From: Schmidtea polychroa
Taxonomy: Eukaryota
Direction of reading: 5' to 3'
Assembly (NCBI GenBank): GCA_044892525.1
Contig: CM097886.1
Location: 22,506,001 to 22,570,000, forward strand
DNA length: 64,000 nucleotides
Part shown: positions 1 to 13,836 of the stretch, one piece after another
How positions within the stretch are numbered: position 1 is the stretch's first letter
How the letters are laid out: each line of letters starts with the position of its first letter
Translations under genes and position numbers: made by a program
The notes under the pieces: generated by a model
Database searches by the model: none
What the model saw: only the letters and a program-made list of their open reading frames with translations
Told to the model about the DNA's origin: nothing

Positions 1-582
1 TAAAATCTTCAAGTTGAATGTGAAAATTCTATGATTCCATAATTATAGGAAGGAAATAACCTTTGGCTGCAATTTCTTTATAAATATATGACAAAGGAGA
101 GGAAATCCCTTATTGGTCAAATTAAACCCGTAAATGTCTTCTTATTGGTCAAGAATAAATTTCAGTTTCATTACTATTTTAATACAAAGTTTGGAAACAT
201 TTTACCAAGTATTATTTTATAATATATGATAAATAATTTTCGATTTTATTAAGATCCTTTCAATTTTGTCCGACGGAAAAGAAATTGTGAGTTAATTTAA
301 CAATTGAATTAATTTATTTGACACTTTCTATTTTGATGCATCAAAACTGAATGATAAATGACTTTTAATTATGCGCTATGGTAATACCTCTTGAGTCCTA
401 AGGCAAGTTGGATATAAATATTGTAAAAGAAATGACAGTTAGAGCAACGCTTTTACTATCCACAACAAATACTATTCAACAAGTGCGATCGCACTGAGCC
501 CCTAATTTTGAGGGGAACCCAAATATTAAATATATTAGAAAAAATTCATTAAAATCAATAAAAATGAATGAAGTAATTGTAT

Positions 583-733
583 TGTAAGTATCTTGAGCAA
601 GATATGCACATGCATCAATAATACAATATTACACCTTTGACATTCAGACATACATTACATAATAATCAGACATACAAATTCAACATGCAAAAATATATTT
701 TTTTCAAACAGGTATTTTTACAGTTATCCTACA
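583..733 (-). repeat. 3' LTR (~150 bp) of Gypsy element 1
   Basis: TGTAGGATAAC...GATACTTACA termini, preceded by the PPT; homologous to 2895-3016. Confidence 0.8.
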
Positions 734-2894
734 TCCCCTCGTTTTAAAATGTTTGATCCATTCCACATTTCTAATTTTCCATTTTCCATTCTCAAATTCG
801 ATCATGAAATTTCTGTCATGCAACTTCTTTATTATTTTACCTGGACCCTCAAATCTGTCTTCATTTTTATTTGCCACGTGTTTTTTATCAATACAACATC
901 CCCGACATTGAAAAATCGATTTATTCTTCTTTCATTGAAATATAAATTATATTCCTTATTTCCTTGTATCCGTTTTTGTATCTCTAATCTTTCTGATTTA
1001 CGTCTTTCCATTAATAATTGTAGTTCACATGGTTCGTCATTTTCATACCGTTTCCCAAAAAAGATTTGTGTAGGACTCAAATGAGTAGTTTTCTGAATTA
1101 TCTCATTCAATATAAATTCAACTTCAGCAAGTATTTCGACCCAGCCTGTGTTCGTTCTTTCTTTTAATGAAATTTGTATTGCATCTCTAATAGTTCTAAA
1201 TTGGCGTCCATTAGCTGAATGGTGATACGGACTTGAATATACTAGATTAATACCATGTTTCCCTGCAAATGCTTTTAATAAAGCTGACTCAAATGCTTTT
1301 CCTCTATCACAATGAATATTCCTTGGAACACAAAATTTCAAAATCCCTTTTTTGTTAATAATTGTTGCAACTGTCTTTTCATCTTGATCAGAAATATGTT
1401 TACTAAATTGGTCTATAATGGCCAAAATATACTTCTTTTCACTCCTAGCAGTTTTCATTATGCCACAAAAGTCAATGAAAATTGATTCAATAAAATAAAC
1501 TTATGTAGGTTGAATTAGTTCTTCTGCTGTTCGTGTAGTCATAACCTTTCTTTTTTGACAATTTTCACACGACCTGACTACTTCTTTATTAAATTCTTGT
1601 ATGTTTCTCATGTTTTATTTTCTAAAAATATGTTCGGGGACTTTATTTACCCCAACATGACAGAAACTTTTATGGGTGTACAAAACAAATTCGTCTTTTC
1701 TTGTGTCTGGAATCATTATTTTACCTTCACTTGAATGAATAATGTCATTATTTATTTCTTTTAATATTTTCTATTTCTTTAGAATTTTGTTGCGACGGTT
1801 TTCCATCTTCTTGACACATGAGTGCTAGAATCTTTGTTTCTAATTTTCATGTTTTTGGTTCACATTGAATAGTTTGACATTGCATGCACGTATCGCATTC
1901 AGTTCTCGATAAGGCATCTGCATTAGAATGCGTTTCACCTTTACGGTATTCCATTTCAATGTTTAAACCAGTTAATTGGTTGATCCATGTTTGAAATTGT
2001 GGGGTGATTGGCTTCTTTGTTTTCATCATAAACGTTATTGCCTTATGATCTGTCCTCAGTTTAAACCTTTTACCATATAAATAATGTTTGAAATGTTCGA
2101 TAAATTAAATTATTGCTATTAATCCTTTGTTTGTTCATTGCGTTACGTCCAAAATAAAGTCCTTTGTCAAGTCAGGGAATAAAAAAATCGTAGCTTTTAC
2201 TAATGCTTTCTTTAATTCTTGAAAGGCCTCTTCGCATTCATTTGTCCACATAAATTTTGTCTGATTTACAACTCACAACTTTTCAAGGGGTTTTGAATAC
2301 ATACTATAATATTTTATAAATCGACGATAATAATTTGTTAATTCATGAAAACTTTTTAACACATTTTGGGGTTTAAAAAGTTTTAATCGTGATAATTTTG
2401 TTATCATCAATGTTTATGATGCGTTAAATATTTTATCTCTTTTTTAATAAAATAACATTTTTCTGAACTAACCTTTAACCCAGAATCACTTATTCTTCGA
2501 AATACTTTTCTTATTCGATTATAATGTTCTAGCAAGGAAGACGGAAATATTAATACGTCATCAAGATAAAAAACGGCGTCTTTACCATTCAGTGGTCCTA
2601 ATACTTTATTTATGAGCTTTTGATATGTTGCAGGCACAGCTGCAATGCCAAAGACATACAGTTAAAACAATATTGAGTATTATTTGTGGTAAAATCCTGT
2701 TTTTAATCTAGATTCATCTTATAGCTCAACTTGATAATAAGCATTCCCTAAATCAAGGGTGGTAAAATATATGGCGTCATACAAAATTTAATGGATTATT
2801 TGTCGTGAGTCCTGGCATGGTCGCCATGTTAGAAGACTTTGGAGACATATAATTTATTAATATCAAAATATTGATTATCCTTCCGGAGGAAGTA

Positions 2895-3016
2895 AGATAC
2901 ACACATGCATCAATAATACAATATTACACCTTTGACATTCAGACATACATACAGACAAACAAATTGAACATCCAATAATATTATTTCAAACAGATATTAT
3001 TTACAGTTATCCTACA
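2895..3016 (-). repeat. 5' LTR (3'-truncated) of Gypsy element 1
   Basis: Shares acatgcatcaataatacaatattacacctttgacattcagacatac...cagttatcctaca with 583-733; joined directly to RT sequence. Confidence 0.8.
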
Positions 3017-3522
3017 TTAATCATTGAGAAAAGGCGTTTTTTTACCTCAGAGCTAAAAACTCAAATCTTTGTAAACCATTTCTTTGTGTGTAGTTCAATA
3101 GTATGATATCAAGACAGAGTTCTTCTTCACGTTGACTGATGTCATTAAAATTGGATCCATTCTGGTTTTTTTCTTTAGTTAGTTGGTTCTATGTATGTGA
3201 AAGAAATATAGAAATACAATGATAATCAGCTTGAATATGATTTTAATACTTACAATTGCAAAATATCTTATTTGCACATGGACAGGTTTTTAGAATTCCG
3301 TTATGACAAACAGTGTTTGTAGATAAGAAAGATTTTTTGATTTTCTAAAAAGATCGTGCACTTTCTCATTAATTTAGTGTCAAGGTTAGGTTATGATGAT
3401 GTAATATTGAATATTCCCTTTGTTTGTCATACCTCACGTCATTGGATATTTTCTTATTTTCTTAAGGGGAAACATAAAATTTATGATACTTACTGAGCAT
3501 ATTACGAAGTCATTACATTTTC

Positions 3523-3526
<4 letters not shown>

Positions 3527-3568
<42 letters not shown>
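3527..3568. repeat. (TA)n microsatellite
   Basis: About 20 uninterrupted TA units. Confidence 0.95.
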
Positions 3569-3574
<6 letters not shown>

Positions 3575-3640
3575 GAATTCTTTCAATTTTCACCACTGAC
3601 TTCTTTTCAATTGACATTGTATTTATAAAAAAAGCTTGAC
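3575..3640 (-). repeat. ~65-bp dispersed repeat (other copies ~47525-47590 and ~48053-48115 on +)
   Basis: Core aataaatacaatgtcaattgaaaagaa(a/g)tcag(t/a)ggtgaaaattg occurs three times; probably a small TE fragment. Confidence 0.7.
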
Positions 3641-6600
3641 TTTGAATCAGTAACGATATCAATATCTTTACTGATTCATAGTCAAGTTTTTTAATAAATA
3701 AATATATGTGTGTGTGTTTAGATGAATCCGATCTATCAAGCATTCACTCTAAATTGATTCTGGGATCCGATTTTGCTGGGAAGGATATATTTCATGGACT
3801 TATTGCGGGTAAGTTTTATATAGATACATAATTTAGCCAATATTTTTAAAGGTCTGTAAGTTCTTTAAATTAATTGCTAGGTGAAACATTTATTGTCTCT
3901 GTAATATAAAATATCTTCTCTCGTCTTTTTCCTTAAAAAAAGTCCATTTTCATTATTGTTGCTATAAAAATAATATTCATCAATCAACATCTATCGCAAT
4001 TTATTTGCAATTTTTGTTTTATCATTGTCTTTCTATTTATTATCCTATCTGCCACTCTATTTATGCACCACCCTATAGTATTAAAGGATATAAATATGGT
4101 AAATTGTATACATTCCTCTAATTGCAATATAAAGAGATTGTAAGAACTGGTCTAATAATGATGAATATCCTATCTTATTTTATACATTTTTAAAAGAATT
4201 CCAGATTCAAAAAGTGGTTTACTTCTTTTTTGACATTTTCTCAAAAAGAATATAAAACTACATTTTTGCAGGTTTTCAGTGGAATGACAGAGTTTTGGCC
4301 GATAAAAATAAAACAGTTTGGAGAAATAAAAAAATAATTCCTTCAGAATCCATGCGGCTAAGAGTTTTTCCTTATCAAGATTTGAAATTAATAAAATTAA
4401 GTAAATCTGTGGATTTACAAAATTCTTAATATACTTCCAAATTAGCTAATAGAAAACTTTCTCCGATATTATGGAGCATCATTCTGACGATTCTATTAGC
4501 TTCCAGTGCTTTTTATATTGGAAGGAAGCGATTTAGATACATTCAACATCGAAGTACATATTTATTTTATACAGTAATAGGATTCATTTGATACCATTTA
4601 GATTCACTGAAGAAAGACTTCATTCCGGTGAAACTTATTATTTGATTATTTANNNNNNNNNNNNNNNNNNNNNNNNNNNNNNNNNNNNNNNNNNNNNNNN
4701 NNNNNNNNNNNNNNNNNNNNNNNNNNNNNNNNNNNNNNNNNNNNNNNNNNNNNNNNNNNNNNNNNNNNNNNNNNNNNNNNNNNNNNNNNNNNNNNNNNNN
4801 NNNNNNNNNNNNNNNNNNNNNNNNNNNNNNNNNNNNNNNNNNNNNNNNNNNNNNNNNNNNNNNNNNNNNNNNNNNNNNNNNNNAAATGAATCTGAAAGAA
4901 ATAGTGATTTCGTTTCATCATCTTTGGACACTCCTATTCAAAGATCTCATAATGAGCCGATTAATGACAGAATGAAAAGTCATTACAGGTAATTTAAACG
5001 CTTATATATGCTCATTATGTGCATTTACTAAAGGTCGAACCGAATTCTAATATTTTATGATTTTGATGGTGCCTGTAAACAAAACTTTATAGATATTTTG
5101 TTCCTGCCCTCAGAATCACATTTCGTTATCATCACCAATGAGTTTCCCAAATCTGAAGTAAATAAATTTTGTGTATCTGTACATAATAAATTAAGCAAAA
5201 TGTATCAAAATCTTTTCTCGGAACTTTATTATTTCTTTCAATAGTATTTATTTTGATTAATCTGAACAGAAAATCTATGTGTACCTTATCGAAGGTTAAA
5301 TGAAAGGCTTTAGTTTAATATTAATTAAATGAACTCGTATTTTTTAGCCCAGTGTTAAGTTTTCTGGCGGCAATACAATTTCATATGCATTATACGTCTA
5401 TCTCTAGTATAAAGGTATGAGCAGTGACAAACTTTAAGATAAATCAAAAGTTCATTTAAGCGCTCTTGTTTACCTAACCAAGCTTTGACAGTCAACCGTT
5501 CTCGATCATTGCTCTCTCTATAAATTTTATCAGTATATGGAATATTACCAAAATAAAATTATGATTTTTCATTTAGTTAAACTAGATCCTTCAAAAAAGA
5601 ACTTATCAAAGATCTTGAGAAAAGACCAAAGTAAAACGATAGTGTTCTTTGATTCTTGATTATAATCTGTTATTTAGGTTTAAAAGAATGTTTCTTAATT
5701 TCAAACTTACTTCTTTGGCTTGCCTGTTTTTTAAAATTAAAATAATTATTATATTTTAATTTTTAAATGTCTATTTATCTTAGAATTTTGACCAAATATT
5801 TCCTACTGATTATGGGGATTATGAATATTCATGTTATTCCCTCGGTGCATCGTCGAACTTCCAGTTTATGTATTCACACTCGAAACGTTCTGATTCACTT
5901 CAGGACGATGACTTAATGGAATTACAGGTTTTTATTAGAACTACTATTATTACCTTGATTGACATGATTAGGTCTGGAAAATGAAAGATGTTTGGATTCA
6001 CATTTGTCAACCACCTAATGTAAGGTTTACGTTTTCATGTGTAATTCCAAATAGGCCACCAGAGTTGGTTTTGTTCAATCGACATTCTCATATGATCTTG
6101 ATCTGGAATATGGAATTATCATCAATTATTTGGCAGTTGACATTGACTTCTGTGATGGATCTTGCATTTTTTTCTCTGTCAGTTTCTCATAATTCCAATA
6201 ACATTCTGATCAATTATGGCTCAAGATTATTAATCGTCAATTTCATCGATGATGGCTTCGTTTTCCAGCTTGGTGTTCTTGACTTTCCAAATTCAACTAG
6301 ACCTGAACAAATTTTTCCGATCCACTATCATNNNNNNNNNNNNNNNNNNNNNNNNNNNNNNNNNNNNNNNNNNNNNNNNNNNNNNNNNNNNNNNNNNNNN
6401 NNNNNNNNNNNNNNNNNNNNNNNNNNNNNNNNNNNNNNNNNNNNNNNNNNNNNNNNNNNNNNNNNNNNNNNNNNNNNNNNNNNNNNNNNNNNNNNNNNNN
6501 NNNNNNNNNNNNNNNNNNNNNNNNNNNNNNNNNNNNNNNNNNNNNNNNNNNNNNNNNNNNNNNNNNNNNACTAAAAGTTTATTAATAATAATTATATAGT

Positions 6601-7847
6601 TACAAATGATCATAAAAAAATAAAAACAGAAAAAAAACAAAAGAGGCTTTTGGGGAGAAGGGGTAACGATATGATTGCCACTACCTTTCAGTGACATTGC
6701 ATCAAGAAATTCCAGGATATTTTTATTAGTTTAAAATGGTGTACAGTATATTGCCACCACCTTAGAAAGGGTTAATGATTTTTAAAAATTTAGAAGCAAA
6801 TATATTTAGCTCTTTCATAAAAGGTTAACAATAGATTTTAATATTTTAAATAGTAATAAATAAAAGACCAGTAAAATGTGTTCGATGAATGAATGAAATC
6901 TTTACTAGGACTTCAGAAAGAAATTATAACTTTAATATTCCTTGTGATTTATTAATTGTCATTTGCCATTCAATACTACAATTTAATAATTTTATATTTA
7001 ATTGTTCTTGTATTATATTTTTGGTACACAGATTTTGAATAAAAAGCAAATTAGGCTTGCTTCTTGTAAATCCTTACATCCCAAAGGAGCAACAGTCAGC
7101 TGAAATTTGACATAAGAATAAGTTAAAACATATTGGAATGTCAGGATGGAAACGAAGGATTGTTTCAGGATAAACATTTACTCTGTTTTGATATAAATGA
7201 TAAAATATGGCGATACAATAAAATACCTTAAGATATTAACAACAATTACAAGTTCTAGATATTACCAATATTTATTGTATATCATAATTACAATTGATTT
7301 GATTTCTGATAACACAATTATACAAATGAGTCACCTCTCAAAATTCAACACTCGTGACTAGTACGACACACAGTGAAAAATAGTCCGAATTAAAAATAGA
7401 TAAATTGCTTCTTCAATTGAACTTCCTCGATATGCTTGTATCAACCGATCGGTTATTTTAATTTCTGTTTATTTTCTTTAATCTCTGTGATACTGTTTCT
7501 CCACTTCTATAGTTTCAACTATGTCGTCCATTTTTTTCTGTCTCTTCTAGGTTTTCTTTTGTTTTTTATTTGCATGGAGTGTTTTCACCTGGATATTAGT
7601 CCTTTAACTCAATAACCTGATGCGATAGAGAATTGTGAATGATATTTTTAAATTCAGCTCCTTATTTTTGAGTTACAAAAAAGAAATTTTTGTTGCTCAG
7701 TTTTATAACAAAAAAAAAATTATTTTTTCTTATAATTCGTGTCAAACCGACATCGCAGGAAACATCCTAATTTACCCCTGATATTTGAATTTATAAGATT
7801 TTCTAATTTAAGGGAATTCGAAAAAAGAATTAATTGTTTGTGACACT

Positions 7848-8325
7848 GTGAATCAGACTTTCAAAAGGATTTTGAACCAGTTTCAAGTGAACTTTCTAGC
7901 AAGATCAGAGTACAATGGTGAAATCCGATGGGCTTTCCAACTAAGCAGCGGGGAAATATATTTGACAAGAGATTTCGAAAAAGATCTTTATCAAATTCTT
8001 CATCCCACGTGTCAAGCCGAAGTAATTATTACCAAATTGAAACTATATAAATGTATTCGTTCATTTGTTCTAGATCAAATGCTTGAAATTCTCAATGGAT
8101 AGCTCAATGATTTGTGCGGGTTTCGTAGGGAATTTGTTTCGGGTATGGAAAATCAAACCGGATATTTCAGTGTGCCGTTTTCATTCGATTCGTGCACCGA
8201 AAGACTTGAAGGATTTATTTTTCACTACTGACAGAAAATTTGTTGTTTTCATTAATTTTACCGGCTCAAATGACAATTCCTCAGAATGCGTTCTTGGCAG
8301 ATTCAGTGGATTAAAATTACAATAG
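7848..8325 (+). pseudogene. WD40-repeat-like coding fragment (two overlapping frames)
   Basis: KFSMDSSMICAGFVGNLFRVWKI resembles a WD40 strand pattern (FSxDxSxxxAGxxxxxxRVW). Frame change near 8090; no clear gene model. Confidence 0.3.
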
Positions 8326-11300
8326 CTTTACCTCTATTTCTTTTTTGTTTATGATATTATTTTTAATACAACTTTTTTACTTGATCGTTTGACATTTAAA
8401 ATTTAATGGGAAATAAAACGGTGAAAACTAGTGACGCATGGAGCCTGGTGTAAGTTGTATGAATTGATAAATGACATTTGCATTTTCACAGGAGGATATT
8501 TCTCCCTGATCGTCTTTAATTAAATGTTTACTTCTTCAAATTTTGATTTAATTTTCTTATATTGGTTTGATAATTGAAACCTTAACTGAAATAAAATTAT
8601 TGCTGTGCTTGTTTTAATGGTTCAAAAATCGAATGGGGAAATGAAATTTATGATCCAATGACAAATTCTGATTCAAAATTTATTGATCTGTTGTGAGCGT
8701 CGAGAATATTAAGCATAATGACGATCTCAATTCATTTTTATGGAATAGGTTTCCGGATTCAGAGTTATGTAGGAAACCAAATCTTCTCGAAAAGATTCAC
8801 AGGAAGAATTGCTTCAACTGATTTGATGTGTTAATAATACAATTCAATAGTTTGAGTAAAAATTTTATTAATCTGATCTTGCTTTTTAATTTTCTCCTTT
8901 CTCCAAGTCTATTTTAATCTTAGATTTTCTCTTCATTATTTTCTTTTATATGACAGTTTTATTATTAGTCATGAGATTTCTATGAAGCTTCCTAACCATT
9001 CTTCCATCTTCGGGAGACCTCAGACGATAGCAAGAAAGACCAATAGCCTTACCAACAATCCGGCGATTTAGTTTAGGTTGGATTTATACTATCCGTTACT
9101 GCATTAATTTTTGTTTAATTTTTGATTTTTGAATTTCTAATCAAAATATTCCATTAATTAATTTATCGATTTATCAGTTTCTGTATTGCCCAGATTAAGA
9201 TATGATCCTAAAAACAGTTATTAGAGATATTCGTCCTCGCTAGATAATATTCCATTAATTAAGGGCATAACAAGAATTTTTCTCTTTAGGCCCGTTGCTA
9301 TTCATTATAAATAATGTAAATCAGTGGTTCCAAGGCTTCTATCCGTGTTCACCTGGGTAAATTTAATTAAATACAAGGACAGGTGCTGTTGTTAATGTTT
9401 TTATCAGTAGACCTATTAGAGTGTTGAATTGATCGTGTTGTTATAATTCATGTAATCAATTGTGATAATCAATAAAGGTTTATCTTGTCTGAGAATTGTT
9501 ATTTTGTGGATCAAATAAAACACGCTTTGGAGTCAGAGATTTGATTGGTGACTTTTAAATATTACCACCAACTCAATAACCCAACAATTGTGATAGATTC
9601 AAGTACTCCGTGTTATGTAATAATGATACACTATGATAATGCTGTAAAAGTTGACTTCTTAGGGAACTCTTTGGAGATTCTTATATCTGGTGGAGACAAA
9701 TCCTTCTAATAATTATCAATCAATGAATTTTATTTGAATTTCATTACTGTTTGCCAATCTAATGGTCTTATTTGACATTTAATGGTCAAATATTCTACCT
9801 TTTGGACAATGACAATCTTCGTATTGATAGTTCAATTCAATAAACCTAGAAGTTGAAGTTGTATTTCACTTAGGCATCAAAAGACTTAATATACAGTCAG
9901 AAGTGGCTTACTGGAACCAAAAGAAATGAGGAGTCCGAAGTAACTTTTATTTGTAATTGAATTTATACTTAAACTCGGGTAAAAGGAAATCTGTAGTAAT
10001 ATTATCCTGAGTCTCTCCCAAATGATACAGAGTAATTTTGACCTGCCCGATGGAAATGGTGATCCCAAAAATATTATTTTAATCAAAGTGATTATCTTTA
10101 AAATTAGTAATTATTTATTTATTCAAGAACTAATTGAAATATTTTGAATCAAATTTTAAGAATTTTGCTAAATAATGTCAACATTGAAATAACAATTATT
10201 TGATAAATTATCAGCACAATTAAAACAAAAATATTTCTTAATGAGTTTCAGTTAAACATTATTGATTTTGATAATGAAATAGTTGGTGCAGCAAAGGTGC
10301 TGATGATGAAGGTATTTATGGTCGTGTCAATATTTATATTGTTGGTAATAAGTTGCAGATCGCAATGTAATAACATCCGCAAATTCTCGCTAAACTTACG
10401 CTTTGTCACGATGAGCTTTGGAATTCACATTTTTAGGAAGGATTGAATAGCAGTGATTTACTACTATTTATTATTCATAAAATTTTATTTTAATAATCTT
10501 CTTATTTCATTTTTACTGCAAATTTACCCCCTAATTCAAAATTATCAGGTTTTTGTATTTTTTGATAACATTTTATAACTAAAGGACTACTTTTGGATGC
10601 TCCATTTTGGTCTTTACCAGTGTAAGTTTGTTACAAGCAAGATTCCTTTCAAGCCCATAAAATGGAAACTAGATACATAGGAAGCCATAATGGAAGATAG
10701 AGTTCAGTGAATCGTGAAATCTTTCACGACAGTTTGTGGTTTAAAGAGATCTTTTCGCTGCATCTTTATGTTGATATCTAATTCTGATATATTTTGTTAA
10801 TTATGTTAGGCTTAGACAAAATAATAGAAAAACGGTGACAAAAACATAATAACAATTCCACACATTGTCTGGTTGCCTTTATAAACAAATGAAATACCAT
10901 AAAGTCTCTAAAATTAACCAAGTTCCTATTTTGAAATCTAGATTGGTTAATCATTTGGCGAACGTCCGCAATTACAATGAGTGTTTCTGTTGCATTTTCT
11001 GTACTTTTTGTTTAAAAAATAAAAATATATCACTGTAAAAAGAAAGAAGAAAGAAAGAACTTTTTGAACACAGAGATGTTTGCTTGATTTACTGCAAACA
11101 TTATTTATAACATATTTTATCAAACAAATCAAAAAAGAAAATAATTAACTATATTATAATAATTTAAAATGTATTTACCCGAAATTGACCAAAATAAAAA
11201 TTGAAATTTTCCAGAAAATATTGTTTGACTTGAGTACCAATTGGTGTCCCTCTGTGAGTGGCGCCCAAGGCATGATACACCTTCTTGTCTACATCATTAA

Positions 11301-12091
11301 TCTGGGTAATAAATACCAAATTTAATGGGTGAAAACTTGGTCATTTAGCAGAAAGATATAGAATCCATAAGAAAAACAATTGAAACTATTAAATTTATCT
11401 TTTAGGTTTCACTTTTGATCTTTTTTTTAATTCAAAGATTTGCATACTAATATTTGTAAGACTATAGATCAAAACAATATATCAGCTACAAGATATTTCA
11501 GCACAGCCTTTATCAGATACACATAAATTGCATTTTCGACCACTTATTTGCAAGAATTAAGTTTATCAAATATTATTGCAATCATAAAGTTTCCAGAAAA
11601 GATCTTTTATAAGAAGTTTTCGCATTATATTAAATAAAATTTTCACTGCTATTTCCGATATTTACGTAAAGAATATTTCGCATTTTGTTTATACTTATGA
11701 CGTTATTTATATTAATTTTTTTTTTGACTACTGATAACAAATTAGAAAATCAGCGTTTCCAAAATAATGGATTGTGACCCGGCTCCCGGTCTCGAATGCC
11801 AAATGCCAAATCTCCCAAAGAACTTTTCAGTCTTGTTTTAAAGAGTCCCAAGTTTTAGCAGAACAGCATTTAAGTTCTTAATGCCGTTAGTCATAACCTA
11901 TGAGAGTGAAAAGGTTTTTCAACTGGTTTTCTTAAAAAATAAATATAGAAACCAATTGGAATTCAAACCAGATTTAGGAATAAAGTTATTTTTTTCTTCT
12001 AACCCAAAATTTCTCATAAACAATAGAAACCATAAAATAAAATTAATGAATCGGATGGTGTGTCACAAAAGCAAATATTAGAATAACAGCC

Positions 12092-12328
12092 TAAGGTGAC
12101 CAGACGTTCTTAGCGGGACAGTCCCGATTTTTCACGATTTATCCCGCGTCAAAATGAATAAAAATTATGTCAAGGAATAAAATATTATACAATTTTTTAT
12201 ATTTATGTACTTATGTTAAAAATCAAAAAATATTACCATATTATTTTTATTCTATATGAAAATATTTGTTGATACCCCCCTCCTTCAAAGCTGTCCCGCT
12301 TTGCCCATCTAAAAATCTGGTCACCTTA
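12092..12328. mobile_element. hAT (Blackjack-like) MITE
   Basis: TIR TAAGGTGACCAGA / TCTGGTCACCTTA; subterminal GGGACA/TGTCCC motifs; degenerate 8-bp flanks TAACAGCC / ACATAGCC. Confidence 0.8.
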
Positions 12329-12585
12329 ACATAGCCATATGGAAAAATGGGAAACGATGTATTAAATAATTGTATAAATCATTGCGATTTTGTTCACTTT
12401 GAAGCTAGCAGTTTTAATTCTTGCTCATGTGACGGGAGGATAAAAGGCTCTAAAGCACTGGGTTATTGAATAAAAGTTAAGTGAATTGTTAATAAATGAA
12501 TTAAAACAGAAATTGACAGAAAATATTGTAAAAATCTGAATAAAGTACAAAAATAAATTTAATAATCTGCTGCTATAAGGAAAAA

Positions 12586-12786
12586 TTAAATTCCTTCCGC
12601 ATCCATAGCCTCTTGAATAGCTTCATTTAATTTCTTTTGAAGTTTAAAGACTTCTAATTCTCTTGATTTCACAATGTCGACTAAATGTTTTATTCGTAAT
12701 GCTTTTCTTTTACGACACAATTTAGCGTTTTCAGATAACGTTTTATCTCTGTCAATGGATTTACGATTTTTCTGAACTTGTTCCAT
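12586..12786 (-). CDS. Small divergent bZIP protein (Jun/ATF-like basic region + zipper)
   Basis: 66-aa ORF with NAKLCRKRKALRIKHLVDIVKSRELEVFKL, aligning with the Jun-type CRKRKLERIARLEEKV pattern. An upstream exon cannot be excluded. Confidence 0.55.
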   Translation of the reverse strand: MEQVQKNRKSIDRDKTLSENAKLCRKRKALRIKHLVDIVKSRELEVFKLQKKLNEAIQEAMDAEGI

Positions 12787-13337
12787 GAAGAATTATTAAT
12801 GAACGAATACAATTAATAGTAATTCAGATAAATGAAATTATTGCAGTCAAATCACAATAAAAATTTTTGATAGAAGTCAATAATATTTTCAAATTATAAA
12901 TAAAAATAAGCATAATATGAATGATTTAATTATTGACCTTCAATGAATTATTAAAACAAAATAATTTTAATTATTAATAAAAATAATATTAAACCAAAGA
13001 GCATAAATTATGTTTGACAAGAACGCATATTGACAGATTGTAAGTTAAAAGTTATATTTTTCATTAAATTTTAAAATATTGTACCGGTATGTAGGAGACA
13101 TAATGATGGCGTACTTGTAAATAAATATTTTTGAGAAAAACGAGTCCTACAAATGAGGTGTAGTCCTAAAAGAATAGGGCCAGGGTGCTTAATGTAAACA
13201 AAAAAACAATAATGTTCAAAATCCTAAAATATTTATTAAGAGTATTTAAATATATTTACACATTTAACTTACGCTATTTTGTACAATACGCGATATTTGT
13301 TGCGTACGAGTAACAACCACATCGGTGATGTACAAAG

Positions 13338-13543
13338 CAGTGCTCGAAGTGGAACAAAATATGTGCCGGGGTAGGCATGCTGTGGCACCCGGGATTCCAG
13401 GCTTTTATGCAGAAATTTTCAGTTGGGGGTGTTGCAAAACTTTGGGGGGGGGGGTGTCCACCCATTTAATCATAAGTTTCAGAATATACCTACCTATCCA
13501 TTACTGCTGCTTGGGAAATTCTTAATTGAATAGAGAATAAAGA

Positions 13544-13576
<33 letters not shown>

Positions 13577-13744
13577 TGGATGTACTATGTGTGACCTTAA
13601 TTGCAGTATTTGTGTGCCTATAAAATGAAATAAGTACCGGGATAAACCTATAGATTATATGAAATGAAGTGCCGGGATGCAATTCCGCCTACATAATCAA
13701 TGCCGGGATAATATCCCGGCTATCCCGCCTCACTTCGAGCACTG
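13338..13744. mobile_element. hAT MITE (407 bp)
   Basis: Perfect 14-bp TIR CAGTGCTCGAAGTG / CACTTCGAGCACTG; perfect 8-bp TSD GTACAAAG; subterminal CCGGG repeats; internal (TA)n. Confidence 0.95.
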
Positions 13745-13836
13745 GTACAAAGTAACTAAAATCAATAAGTAAATGAGCCCCATTCAGAGTCAGATTTACT
13801 CTTGAGGGGGCCCCAGGCTGAAAATCTTATGGGACT

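Larger units (their letters stand above)
583..3016 (-). mobile_element. Ty3/Gypsy LTR retrotransposon, internally deleted (LTR - RT/RNase H/integrase remnants - PPT - LTR; no gag or protease)
   Basis: Minus-strand ORFs give RT (VFYLDDVLIF, 2407-2637), RNase H end (YRKGETHSNADALSR, 1847-2029) and integrase core (832-1458). Related direct repeats at both ends begin TGTAGGATAACTG on the minus strand. Polypurine tract AAAACGAGGGGA abuts the 3' LTR. Confidence 0.9.

Noticed and set aside
9300-10090. Coding-like stretches with many TAA/TAG stops (also ~5950-6330 and ~7400-7620), suggesting a variant genetic code
   Set aside because: TGA stops and frameshifts also occur, and intact genes end in TAA and use CAA/CAG for Gln. 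These are decayed sequences of unknown origin.
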